Shown: in pieces, positions 45,240-53,762 of the stretch
Layout of the letters: every line of letters begins with the position of its first letter
Numbering within the stretch: position 1 is the first letter of the stretch
DNA from: Bacteroidales bacterium
GTDB taxonomy: Bacteria; Bacteroidota; Bacteroidia; Bacteroidales; UBA932
Assembly: GCA_017960085.1 (NCBI GenBank)
Contig: JAGCZI010000159.1
Coordinates: 1 to 62,874, forward strand
Length of the DNA: 62,874 nucleotides
Direction of reading: 5' to 3'
The notes under the pieces: generated by a model
Told to the model about the DNA's origin: nothing
Database searches by the model: none
Seen by the model: the letters and a program-made list of their open reading frames with translations, nothing else
Made by a program: the position numbers and the translations under genes

Positions 45240-45968
45240 ATGGAACTCTTTTACTCGAGGGACATAGCAACTGGCGGCCGCACGCTCGACCAGGAGGAAA
45301 GCAACCACTGCATAAGGGTGCTCAGGCACGTCGCGGGAGACATAATCCACATCGTCGACGGCCGCGGCAGTATGTATGAGTGCCGCCTTGATGATGCCAA
45401 TGCCAAAGCAGTCGGATTCACTGTCCTGAAGGTTGAAGAGTCTTACGGTTCCCATCCTTACGAGCTTTGGATGGCAGTCGCTCCCCCTAAGAATATAGAC
45501 CGTTTCGAATGGTTCGCCGAAAAGGCGACGGAAATAGCCGTCGACAGGATCACTCCGCTGTTCGGAGATTACTCGGAGCGGAAGGTTTTCAAGAAGGAAC
45601 GCTGTGAACGTATAGTAGTATCTGCCGCGAAGCAGTCTCACAAGGGTGCGGTGCCCCAGGTAGATGATGCGGTTAAGGTCAAAGATTTCCTTTCAGGGCC
45701 ATTTGATGCGGATGTGTCGAAGTTCATCTGCTACTGCGACGATACGGAGTTCCTCGGTGTCAAGAAAATTTCTATCAGTGATGCTTTGGCTGAAGCCAGG
45801 AGTGACCGATACGCGATAATGATCGGCCCCGAAGGGGACTTTAGCCGGGAAGAGATGCGCCTGGCTGTGGAGAAGGGCTGGCAGCCGGTCTCCCTGGGCA
45901 CATCAAGGTTGCGCATCGAGACGGCTGCACTCACGGCAGTGGCAGCGATATATCTGAATTACATTTAA
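45240..45968 (+). CDS. rsmE: 16S rRNA (uracil1498-N3)-methyltransferase
   Basis: 242 aa. HCIRVLRH.. PUA-like N-terminus. KNIDRFEWFAEKATEIAVDRITPL, IGPEGDFSREE and LGTSRLRIETAA. Confidence 0.9.
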   Translation: MELFYSRDIATGGRTLDQEESNHCIRVLRHVAGDIIHIVDGRGSMYECRLDDANAKAVGFTVLKVEESYGSHPYELWMAVAPPKNIDRFEWFAEKATEIAVDRITPLFGDYSERKVFKKERCERIVVSAAKQSHKGAVPQVDDAVKVKDFLSGPFDADVSKFICYCDDTEFLGVKKISISDALAEARSDRYAIMIGPEGDFSREEMRLAVEKGWQPVSLGTSRLRIETAALTAVAAIYLNYI

Positions 45969-45981
45969 CAATCGAATTATT

Positions 45982-46464
45982 ATGAGCAGTTTCAGAATTG
46001 GCAACGGTTATGATGTACACGTGCTTGCGACGGGATATCGCCTTGTTCTGGGAGGAGTCGAGATTCCGAACCCTAAAGGATGTGTGGCTCATTCGGACGG
46101 AGATGTGATATTGCACGCTTTGTGCGATGCAATGCTCGGGGCAGTGGCTCTTGAGGATATCGGCCATCATTTCCCGGATACCGACCCGCAGTATTCGAAC
46201 ATCGACAGCACCATCCTGCTGTCCAGGGTTGCAGACCTTGTGGCGGAGCAAGGCTACAGTCTGGTCAATGCCGACATAACACTTTTGCTCCAGAGGCCGA
46301 AAATAGCTCCTTACATACAACAAATGCGCGAGAAAATCGCAGAAGTACTGAAGGTTGACAAGGATTGCATTTCTGTCAAGGCGACCACTACCGAGAAGCT
46401 GGGATTTGTGGGAAGAGAAGAAGGAGTTGCATCTTATGCAACAGTTTTGTTGGAGAAACAATAA
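45982..46464 (+). CDS. ispF: 2-C-methyl-D-erythritol 2,4-cyclodiphosphate synthase
   Basis: 160 aa. FRIGNGYDVHVL, AHSDGDVILHALCDAMLGA and HFPDTDPQY. Confidence 0.95.
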   Translation: MSSFRIGNGYDVHVLATGYRLVLGGVEIPNPKGCVAHSDGDVILHALCDAMLGAVALEDIGHHFPDTDPQYSNIDSTILLSRVADLVAEQGYSLVNADITLLLQRPKIAPYIQQMREKIAEVLKVDKDCISVKATTTEKLGFVGREEGVASYATVLLEKQ

Positions 46465-46471
46465 TTTTTTA

Positions 46472-46479
46472 TACCTTTG
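46472..46479 (+). promoter_or_regulatory. Candidate -7 promoter box (TACCTTTG) for tRNA-Gln
   Basis: Lies 10 nt upstream of the mature tRNA 5' end at 46490. Confidence 0.45.
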
Positions 46480-46489
46480 CGGACGCTCT

Positions 46490-46560
46490 TGAGGTATGGT
46501 GTAATGGCAGCACAAGAGATTCTGGTCCTCTTAGTGGCGGTTCGAGCCCGTCTACCTCAA
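46490..46560 (+). tRNA. tRNA-Gln (anticodon CUG)
   Basis: Hand-folded cloverleaf. Acceptor TGAGGTA/TACCTCA, with the U1-A72 pair typical of bacterial tRNA-Gln. D arm GTG..CAC. Anticodon stem AGAGA/CCTCT (one A-C mismatch) with loop TTCTGGT. T arm GGCGG-TTCGAGC-CCGTC. No encoded CCA. Confidence 0.8.
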
Positions 46561-46567
46561 CAAAAAA

Positions 46568-46599
46568 AGCAATCGGCATCTGCCGGTTGCTTTTTTTTT
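46568..46599 (+). terminator. Rho-independent terminator after tRNA-Gln
   Basis: AGCAATCGGC-atct-GCCGGTTGCT, a 10-bp stem with one G-U pair, followed by a T9 run. Confidence 0.85.
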
Positions 46600-46618
46600 G
46601 AGGTATTTCCTCACCCCC

Positions 46619-46800
46619 TGTCGCTTCGCGACATCCCCCTCGAGGGGGATATGCTCTTTGTTACTGGGGCCCTGCCCCAAACCCCGCCGCTACGGCCTGC
46701 TATCAGCACATACCTCGCCTCACGGCCTTCGCTAGCGCCTGCAGGCGCCTTGTCCTGTCCTCCGTACACATCGCACACTGCGCCACGGCGCTGCAGCGCC
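46619..46800. repeat. Cluster of five short GC-rich perfect palindromes/hairpins in a non-coding gap
   Basis: TGTCGC-ttc-GCGACA (46619..46633). CCCCCTCGAGGGGG (46635..46648). TGGGGC-cct-GCCCCA (46665..46679). GCGCCTGCAGGCGC (46735..46748). GGCGCTGCAGCGCC (46787..46800). By eye the local GC content is far above the flanks. Confidence 0.7.
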
Positions 46801-46868
46801 CTGTTAGTAATTTTGAACTCAGTTTCTCCGAAAAAAATTGCTAACTTCAAACATCTAAAAACTTCCGT

Positions 46869-49178
46869 ATGAAGGCTTTTAACCGTTATATACTATATCA
46901 GGCCTGCTTGTACGCTGTTCTTGCGGCTGGATGTACTTCCCGAAGCGAAAAAGAAATAATCTCTGCGTTTGACAATCCTCCGCAGGAAGCCAAGCCGGTA
47001 ATGATCTGGCAGTGGATGGACGGCTGGGTCACCAAAGAGGGCATCACTCACGATCTTGAAGCATACGCGGCAGCTGGACTCGGCGGTGTGCAGAACTTCC
47101 AGGTAGGAGGCCCCGAGCAGACAGAATTCCTGTACGAAAAGAATCCGATCGCTTCCCCGGAGTGGAAGGAACTTATGCGCTTCGCTATGCAGGAATGCGC
47201 ACGCCTGGGGCTCACTTTCGGCACTCATAACTGCCCCGGCTGGTCATCGAGCGCTTATGTCGACATTACACCTGAATATGCGATGCATGCTCTGGTCTGG
47301 ACGGCAACAAAGGTACAGGCCGCTCAGACTGGCGTGCGCCTGGCGCAGCCGGAAACAAATCTGGATTTCTACCGGGACATCTGCGTGCTGGCCGTGCCGG
47401 ATGGCAAGACCGCTGTAGCGACAGCAGACGTTGTGGACCTTACTGGAAAGATGGACTCGTCTGGAAGGCTTGACTGGGCGCCGGAGAGCGGACGCTGGAC
47501 TGTCCTGCGTTTCGGTTATACTCCGTCCGGAAGGCGGAATGCCTCCACATCCCCCGCATCCGGTGCAGGTCTCGAATGCGACAAAATGAACCGTGAAGCA
47601 GTGCACCGTTTCTTTGAAGGTTATCCCACGATGATTCTTGAAATAGCAGGTGAACTGGCCGGGAAGACTCTGGTGAATTTCGAGATTGACAGTTATGAGC
47701 AGCACAGCCAGAACTGGACTCCGCGTATGGAGGAGGAGTTCGCCGCACATCGCGGCTATGCGCTGCGCAGCTGGCTGCCTGCGCTCGCCGGAATCCCGAT
47801 GGAGGGCAAGGAACAGTTCGAGGAAGACTGGAAGGCCACTATCGAGGACCTCTTCGCCGAGAACTATTACGCATATATGTCTGAACTGGTGAAACAGACT
47901 CCCGGTATGAGGCTTCTGATCCAGCCCTACGGAGACCCGCTCAATCCGGAAAAGGTCGCAATGCAGGATGAGGATTTCATACTCTGCGGTGAGTTCTGGA
48001 CCAACCCTCCTACCTGGGGCGGACGCAGCATCTACCAGATATCCGAACTGGCTCATAAGATGGGCCGCCGCGAGGTCTATGCCGAAGGTTTCACCTGCTG
48101 GCCGCTGAATGCCTGGGAAGATGATCCCTTCAGTCTCAAGGTGATGGCCGACAAGGTGTTCTGCGTAGGAATCAACCGGCTGATGCTGCACGCCGGCGCA
48201 GCCAATCCCTGGCCGTGGGCAGAACCCGGTATGACCTTCGGCCAGTGGGGCACGCAGTTCACTCCCGGCAGCACCTGGTGGAAGGCTGGCGGGGCAAAAG
48301 TTCTCTTCAACTATTTTGCAAAGTGCCAGGCTTTGCTTCAGCGGGGAGATTTCGTCGACAATCAGGTCGAAGGAGACATCCTTTGGATCCATCGCCGTGA
48401 CGCGGACATAGATATCTATTTCGTTTCCAACCAGGATGCCGAAAAGGCAGTGACGGCAGACCTGCCGTTCATAAAGGGACTAGTGTTGGATCCGGGCGGC
48501 TCTGAGTTCGTCGTCCTTCACGGCGATAAACGGCTGCCTGTGACTCTCAATCCGGGCGGAGCGCCTTCATCCCTGGCGCTCACTCCCCGACAGACGCTCG
48601 AAGGTCCCTGGACAGTGAACTTTCCCGAAGGACTCGGAGCACCCGCTCAGATATCTATGGAAAGTCTTACGGACTGGAAGGACAACCCTGAGCCTGGAGT
48701 GAAGTATTTCTCCGGCACTGCAACCTACTGCAAGACATTCCAGGCAACAAAGCCTTCACGGGGACAAAAGACCTTCCTTGTCCTCGGTGAGGTGCACAAT
48801 CTGGCTGAAGTCTTCATCAACGGCGTTTCGTGCGGACTGTTGTGGCGTCCGCCCTTCGTGGCTGATGTAAGCGCTGCGCTGAAGGATGGGGACAATGAAC
48901 TGGAAATCCGTGTCACCAATCTATGGGTAAACCGTATGATCGGGGATGAATTCGAACCTGACGACATTGTCTGGGGTGAACCTTTCAGGTATTCCCACGC
49001 TCCGGGCAGTCCGATGGTGGGCAGTATGATGAAGGAAGTTCCGCAGTGGCTTGAAAACAATCAGCCCCGCCCATCACAAGGACGCTACGCCATCGTCAAT
49101 TTCAAGTTTTTCAGCCGTTACGCTCCGCTTCAGCCTTCCGGACTGATGGGTCCTGTGAGGTTAATGTCTTTGAATTAA
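46869..49178 (+). CDS. Glycoside hydrolase, GH106-like (PF17132-type alpha-L-rhamnosidase-like) with a C-terminal galactose-binding-like domain
   Basis: 769 aa with a lipoprotein-like signal (..VLAAGC). The N-terminal block FDNPPQEAKPVMIWQWMDGWVTKEGITHDLEAYAAAGLGGVQNFQVGG matches my memory of the GH106 family start. C-terminal LAEVFINGVSCGLLWRPPF is a jelly-roll motif. The family call is tentative; the CDS call is firm. Confidence 0.7.
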   Translation: MKAFNRYILYQACLYAVLAAGCTSRSEKEIISAFDNPPQEAKPVMIWQWMDGWVTKEGITHDLEAYAAAGLGGVQNFQVGGPEQTEFLYEKNPIASPEWKELMRFAMQECARLGLTFGTHNCPGWSSSAYVDITPEYAMHALVWTATKVQAAQTGVRLAQPETNLDFYRDICVLAVPDGKTAVATADVVDLTGKMDSSGRLDWAPESGRWTVLRFGYTPSGRRNASTSPASGAGLECDKMNREAVHRFFEGYPTMILEIAGELAGKTLVNFEIDSYEQHSQNWTPRMEEEFAAHRGYALRSWLPALAGIPMEGKEQFEEDWKATIEDLFAENYYAYMSELVKQTPGMRLLIQPYGDPLNPEKVAMQDEDFILCGEFWTNPPTWGGRSIYQISELAHKMGRREVYAEGFTCWPLNAWEDDPFSLKVMADKVFCVGINRLMLHAGAANPWPWAEPGMTFGQWGTQFTPGSTWWKAGGAKVLFNYFAKCQALLQRGDFVDNQVEGDILWIHRRDADIDIYFVSNQDAEKAVTADLPFIKGLVLDPGGSEFVVLHGDKRLPVTLNPGGAPSSLALTPRQTLEGPWTVNFPEGLGAPAQISMESLTDWKDNPEPGVKYFSGTATYCKTFQATKPSRGQKTFLVLGEVHNLAEVFINGVSCGLLWRPPFVADVSAALKDGDNELEIRVTNLWVNRMIGDEFEPDDIVWGEPFRYSHAPGSPMVGSMMKEVPQWLENNQPRPSQGRYAIVNFKFFSRYAPLQPSGLMGPVRLMSLN

Positions 49179-49190
49179 AAAGCGAATGCA

Positions 49191-49418
49191 ATGAAATATC
49201 GTAGTATTGTTCTTTCTGTAGCAATTCTTTCAATCTTGTGCGCCTGCAGCAGGGGTGCATTCATAATTGACGGGAACTCACGGGTGACAGTCTCGGTCGG
49301 TATTGACGATCCGGTCGTCGGGACTGCCTTGGAAATCTTCTCCGGAAAACATACCCTGACCATCACGGCTCTGGACGAGGGAGAAATCCTCGACAGGATT
49401 CTGATTTGCGCAAAATAA
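49191..49418 (+). CDS. Small lipoprotein-like ORF, possibly the N-terminal remnant of a larger glycosidase
   Basis: 75 aa. MKYRSIVLSVAILSILCAC lipobox followed by a beta-rich segment. It ends just before a promoter box for the next gene. No recognisable domain. Confidence 0.3.
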   Translation: MKYRSIVLSVAILSILCACSRGAFIIDGNSRVTVSVGIDDPVVGTALEIFSGKHTLTITALDEGEILDRILICAK

Positions 49419-49422
49419 AACT

Positions 49423-49430
49423 TATATTTG
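49423..49430 (+). promoter_or_regulatory. Candidate -7 promoter box (TATATTTG)
   Basis: Lies 40 nt upstream of the GH43 ATG at 49471. Confidence 0.45.
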
Positions 49431-49470
49431 TAGAAACGCTCCATATCTGTAAGAATCAACTTTATTTATT

Positions 49471-50442
49471 ATGAAAACTCCGAAATACATCTTCCCTTCT
49501 GATTATATGGCAGACCCGTCAGTGCACGTGTTCGACGGCAGACTTTATGTGTATCCCTCACACGACTGGGATTCAGGCGTGCCCGAGGACGATCTCGGCA
49601 ACCATTTCAATATGAAAGATTATCACGTGCTCAGCACTGATGACGTGGAAAACGGCGAATTCAAGGATCACGGCGTAATCTTGAAACTGGAAGATATTCC
49701 CTGGGCTAAATGCCATCTGTGGGACTGCGACATCGCCAAGAAGGGTGACAAGTACTACCTCTACTTCCCGGCAAAGGACAAGACCCACATCTTCCGCTGT
49801 GGCGTCGCTGTCGCTGACAGTCCGGTAGGCCCGTTCATCCCTCAACCCGATCCGATAAGGGGATCTTACAGCATCGACTACTGCATACTGGAAGACAAGG
49901 GCGAGTATTATTTCTATTTCGGAGGAATCTGGGGAGGTCAGCTGCAGCGCTACCGCAACAACGACGCCATCGAGCCCATCAAACTTCCGGCCGATGACGA
50001 GCCTGCTCTCTGCCCCAAGATAGCAAAGCTTTCTGACGATATGCTGCAGTTCGCCGAGGCTCCTCGGGACGTGCAGATTCTGGATGCTGACGGCAATCCT
50101 CTCAAGCACGGCGATCCTCACCGCTTCTTCGAGGCCACCTGGGTCCACAAATACAATGGGAAATACTATCTTTCATACTCTACCGGAGACACCCACTTCC
50201 TCTGCTATGCCATAGGTGACAATCCTTACGGTCCCTTCACATATCAGGGAGTAATCCTTACTCCTGTAGTAGGCTGGACGACCCACCACGGCATCGTGGA
50301 GTTCAAGGGCAAATGGTATCTCTTCCATCACGACTGCGTTCCGAGCAACGGTGTCACTTGGCTCCGCAGCCTCAAGGTAGTAGAGCTCGAGTACGAACCC
50401 GACGGCCGCATCAAGACCATCAAGGGAACGGCCGACGTATAA
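49471..50442 (+). CDS. Glycoside hydrolase family 43 beta-xylosidase / alpha-L-arabinofuranosidase (cytoplasmic, Xsa-like)
   Basis: 323 aa with no signal peptide. YMADPSVHVFDGRLYVYPSHD (catalytic Asp block), LWDCDIAKKGDKYYLYF and FFEATWVHKYNGKYYLSYS (Glu). Confidence 0.9.
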   Translation: MKTPKYIFPSDYMADPSVHVFDGRLYVYPSHDWDSGVPEDDLGNHFNMKDYHVLSTDDVENGEFKDHGVILKLEDIPWAKCHLWDCDIAKKGDKYYLYFPAKDKTHIFRCGVAVADSPVGPFIPQPDPIRGSYSIDYCILEDKGEYYFYFGGIWGGQLQRYRNNDAIEPIKLPADDEPALCPKIAKLSDDMLQFAEAPRDVQILDADGNPLKHGDPHRFFEATWVHKYNGKYYLSYSTGDTHFLCYAIGDNPYGPFTYQGVILTPVVGWTTHHGIVEFKGKWYLFHHDCVPSNGVTWLRSLKVVELEYEPDGRIKTIKGTADV

Positions 50443-50452
50443 GTGCCGGATA

Positions 50453-50689
50453 TTATGCTGACTTGCGATAATCGATATAGGAAACTATATCGTTGATCGT
50501 AGTGAAGTTTTTCAGGTCGATGTTGGGAATTGAGATTCCGAATCGGTCTTCGATGCTGCCAACCATTTCTATGAATACGAATGAATCCACACCGGCAGTA
50601 GCCTTGAATGATTTGTCGGTTTCGATTTCTTCAACAGGATAGTCAACATAATCCTGAATGATATCCAGCAATTGGGTTTTAGTATCCAT
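50453..50689 (-). CDS. Acyl/peptidyl carrier protein (phosphopantetheine attachment site)
   Basis: 78 aa from ATG 50689 (MDTKTQLLDIIQDYV..). FKATAGVDSFVFIEMVGSIEDRFGI contains the G-x-DS Ppant serine motif. Starts 2 nt after the stop of the ligase gene. Confidence 0.85.
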   Translation of the reverse strand: MDTKTQLLDIIQDYVDYPVEEIETDKSFKATAGVDSFVFIEMVGSIEDRFGISIPNIDLKNFTTINDIVSYIDYRKSA

Positions 50690-50691
50690 TA

Positions 50692-52425
50692 TTACATAAG
50701 GTTCAGGCCGTTTCCGGAGCAAGTCGAAGGCAGCTGAGTGCGCTTGATCTTGCGGGTCGATGTCTTCTCATATCCGGATTCCGGCAGTTCAACATATTCT
50801 ATTCTCTTGTAATCGGGAAGCTCCGCATTGACCTTCTCCATATCAGCCTTGATGGCGCTAAGGTCTGCGCGGCGTTCAGCGTCGCTGATATACAGTCCGG
50901 CGCAGAGGACTTCGCGGGGAGCGTGTCCCGAATTGTATTCACATTGATAGACGACGATGTCGTCTGCATAGTCGAGATGTTTCTCGATAACGTTCTCCAC
51001 TTCTTCCGGGCAGACATTCTTGCCGTTCTGGAGTACGATTGTGTTCTTCTTGCGGCCCATCAGGAAGATGCGGCCCTCGCTGTCAATGCGGGCGCTGTCG
51101 CCGGTGTTGAAGAAACCGTCCTTTCCGAACACAGCTGCTGTTGCCTCGGGATCTTTGTAATATCCTTTCGCCACGCTCTTTCCCTTTACGCACAGTTCTC
51201 CTATGCCATTCTCATCCACATTGGCGAGTTTCACCTCAAGCCCGGGGCACTGGCGGCCGACACTCAGGTGCTCCTTAAGGGTTTCGGAATTCATTGAGAT
51301 AAGCGGGCCGCACTCGGTGATGCCATAGCCGTTCTGAATGCCGATGCCCAGGTCGTTCAGGCCTTTGATCACGACGGGATTGAGCATCGATCCGCCGCAG
51401 ACAAGCATTGTAAGGCGGCCGCCGAACGGTTCAAATACATCCTTGAACAATTCGTGAGTCTTGTCGATTCCGAACTTGCGGAGCAGGTTGCACAACTTGA
51501 TGCCCTTGCGGAGCTTTTCATCCTTGCCGGCCTTTTTTGCGGCAGCCCAGATGTTGCGGTAGAAAGCAGTGGCTATCATCGGCACGACTGTCACGATATC
51601 AGGCTGGAAGAACTTGATATTCGTCATCATATTGCGCATATTGTCGTTGATGTAGGTCAGTCTGCCGCAACCAATACGGGTCATAATATGTGTGTTGATC
51701 TCCGTCGCGTGATGCATCGGCAGCACGCTCATCGAAGTTTGCTCGCCGACTGTGTGGATGACATCCATACAGTTGATCATATTGGCGGTCAGGTTGGCGT
51801 TTGTCAGCACGATGGCCTTGTTGGCGCCTGTTGTGCCGCTGGTAAACAGTATCTTCGCCGGGGCGTCCAGGTCGAGGTCGATGTTGCGGTATACGCTGTT
51901 CTTTTTAAGTGCCGCTCCTGCCGCTACAAGTTCTTCATAGAAGGGATAGCCTTCGACCTTGCGGTCAATGGTAATGATTGTCTTAAGTTTGCTGCAGGCT
52001 GAGCGGGCCTTCACCAGACGGTCGAGATGGCCGGCGCCGCACATCACGGCGGTTGCATCGCATTTGTCCAGCAGCGTTTCCAGCAGTTCCTGCGGGGCGT
52101 TGACGTCGATGGGGGTGACGACTCCCACTCCGGAAGATATGGTTATGTCGGCTATGACGTATCTCACGCAATTGTCGCTGACAATGGCTACGTGAGCTCC
52201 TGCAAGCCCGGCTGCGAGCAGCCCGTCACCGAGATTCATCACCTCCTCATACAAGTCGTGACAGGTATGATACCTGATTTCTTTGTTTTTGTCGAGTTCG
52301 GCCAGGACAAGTTTGTCGGGAATAATGCTGTTTATGCGCCCCAGCATATCACGGATGCTGCGGTAATCCCCATCCTTGAGGAGGAAGTCGGCTTGTATTT
52401 CACGCTCGGACCTTAACTTTTTCAT
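50692..52425 (-). CDS. AMP-binding (ANL-superfamily) adenylating enzyme, long-chain fatty-acyl-AMP/CoA ligase-like
   Basis: 577 aa. ILFTSGTTGANKAIVL (A3 core), GYGITECGP (A5), FFNTGDSARIDSEGRIFLMGRKKNTIVLQNGKNVCPEEVE (A7/A8) and TSTRKIKR (A10 Lys). ATGA overlap with the upstream condensation gene. Confidence 0.88.
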   Translation of the reverse strand: MKKLRSEREIQADFLLKDGDYRSIRDMLGRINSIIPDKLVLAELDKNKEIRYHTCHDLYEEVMNLGDGLLAAGLAGAHVAIVSDNCVRYVIADITISSGVGVVTPIDVNAPQELLETLLDKCDATAVMCGAGHLDRLVKARSACSKLKTIITIDRKVEGYPFYEELVAAGAALKKNSVYRNIDLDLDAPAKILFTSGTTGANKAIVLTNANLTANMINCMDVIHTVGEQTSMSVLPMHHATEINTHIMTRIGCGRLTYINDNMRNMMTNIKFFQPDIVTVVPMIATAFYRNIWAAAKKAGKDEKLRKGIKLCNLLRKFGIDKTHELFKDVFEPFGGRLTMLVCGGSMLNPVVIKGLNDLGIGIQNGYGITECGPLISMNSETLKEHLSVGRQCPGLEVKLANVDENGIGELCVKGKSVAKGYYKDPEATAAVFGKDGFFNTGDSARIDSEGRIFLMGRKKNTIVLQNGKNVCPEEVENVIEKHLDYADDIVVYQCEYNSGHAPREVLCAGLYISDAERRADLSAIKADMEKVNAELPDYKRIEYVELPESGYEKTSTRKIKRTQLPSTCSGNGLNLM

Positions 52426-53762
52426 AATATGTCAGAGAGTATGCCGGTCGGGTCAGCCAAAACAGCTTCAATGACGTGGATATAGCTGTTATGGAATTCA
52501 ATGAGTTGCTCCGGAGTCACCATACGGGTCTGTACGTCGTAGGAAACTTGTATCTCGTCGGTGTTCACGTCGTGAATCAGTGCCATATAGGTTACAAGTG
52601 CGCCCTTGCCATTGCTGTAGACCTGCATACTGACGCCTTTGGGTGTCGCCATCGGTATGAATGAGAAGCAGAAATTGGTGATCTGGCTCAGCATTGAATA
52701 TTTCCACAACTTGTGCTGCATTGCTTCAACTTCCAGATATGACAGGCGGGTATGCCGGTAGAGTTCATTCTGGTCGGCGTAGAAGTCTGCTATGTTATCG
52801 TTGAATGAGCGGGAGTAATCAACTGTGGTATATACGCTGAGGCTCTGGACTTTGGTGCCGGCGGCACGGCGGTCTGCGACGGTGCCGCGGCAGTTGAGGA
52901 GTTCAAGCGGAAGCTGGTAGGGGGCGCGGCCGTTGCACAGGGACGCAGCGATGGCGCAGGTGTAGAAGAAGAACGAATTCATTGTTACGGAGTTCTCTTC
53001 ACACCACTTCTGGGCAAGACGTGAGATAGCTGCAGGAATTACGAAGCGGTAACCCTTAGTGTCGCAGCGTATCATAAGGTAAGGCAGCGATATGTTCCCT
53101 TTGCGTTTGAACTTGAGCCAGCGGTCATTCGCGTCACCGTGGATTCCGCAATACATAGGCGCCTTGTTGTGGCGGTTCTCATAGTAGTCCTTGAAGAATT
53201 CGTAATCTTTCTTGGTGGCAGCTTCGTCAGCGCGGTACTCATTGTCTTTCTTCAGGACAGTTTCAAAACTGCCGGGTGCTGCGGGGAGTTCAGTACCGTT
53301 GCACAGGGCGTTGTATATGCCCATAAGGTCGTTTACGAGCACTCCGATGCCGTATGTGTCCGCAACCATATGGCTTATCTTGAAAAGGACCATTTCGGCC
53401 CCTGACGGATCAGTGACATACACGGGTTCGAGAACGCGTCCCTTGAAGGCGTCGGTGGGTTTTTTGCGGAAACTCCTCATAAACGAATCCATTGAACTGA
53501 CGCTGTCGAATCTGACAACGGGAATGTTGCCTATCTTACGCTCTGCATCAATGGTCTGAAGGGTTTCCTTCCCTTTTTTGAAGAAACGGATTCGCAAGCA
53601 GTCGTTACGTTCTATTAACAGATTGATCGAACGTGTCATCAGCTCCTTGTCGAAGCCTCCGTCTATGGTAAGTGAGAATAATATGTTAAGGACACGCTTG
53701 AAAAGCGAATATTTCGTCTGCAGGTCTATTATGTCCTGCGAGTAGTTGAATTTCAATTCCAT
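52422..53762 (-). CDS. Stand-alone condensation (C)-domain protein (NRPS C / PapA5-type acyltransferase fold)
   Basis: 446 aa. VLFKISHMVADTYGIGVLVNDL falls at the position of the HHxxxDG catalytic motif (here S-H-M-V-A-D-T). The size and two-lobe layout are typical of C domains. Its start overlaps the upstream gene by 10 nt. Confidence 0.75.
   Translation of the reverse strand: MELKFNYSQDIIDLQTKYSLFKRVLNILFSLTIDGGFDKELMTRSINLLIERNDCLRIRFFKKGKETLQTIDAERKIGNIPVVRFDSVSSMDSFMRSFRKKPTDAFKGRVLEPVYVTDPSGAEMVLFKISHMVADTYGIGVLVNDLMGIYNALCNGTELPAAPGSFETVLKKDNEYRADEAATKKDYEFFKDYYENRHNKAPMYCGIHGDANDRWLKFKRKGNISLPYLMIRCDTKGYRFVIPAAISRLAQKWCEENSVTMNSFFFYTCAIAASLCNGRAPYQLPLELLNCRGTVADRRAAGTKVQSLSVYTTVDYSRSFNDNIADFYADQNELYRHTRLSYLEVEAMQHKLWKYSMLSQITNFCFSFIPMATPKGVSMQVYSNGKGALVTYMALIHDVNTDEIQVSYDVQTRMVTPEQLIEFHNSYIHVIEAVLADPTGILSDIL

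Noticed and set aside
46489-46607. 9-nt direct repeat TTGAGGTAT at the 5' end of tRNA-Gln and again after its terminator, considered as attL/attR of an integrated element
   Set aside because: The repeat is too short to be significant. It involves the tRNA 5' end rather than the 3' end. Only ~100 bp lie between the copies, and there is no integrase.
46601-46805. Palindrome block considered as a CRISPR array
   Set aside because: The palindromes differ in sequence, are only 14-15 nt long, are irregularly spaced and have no cas genes nearby.
46477-46872. 131-aa plus-strand ORF spanning the tRNA-Gln, its terminator and the palindrome block
   Set aside because: It reads straight through a tRNA gene and a terminator. 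The Pro/Ala/Ser/Leu-rich translation is what GC-rich palindromes give in any frame.
47244-48392. 382-aa minus-strand ORF inside the GH106-like gene
   Set aside because: It is an antisense shadow ORF. The plus-strand frame is continuous for 769 aa with a signal peptide and family-like blocks.
50453-52425. AMP-ligase plus carrier protein considered as DltA/DltC (D-alanylation)
   Set aside because: There are no DltB (MBOAT) or DltD genes, the host is a Gram-negative Bacteroidales, and the ligase is longer and looks like a fatty-acid-activating enzyme. The partner is a condensation domain instead. The Alm/Dlt-like logic is kept only as an analogy.
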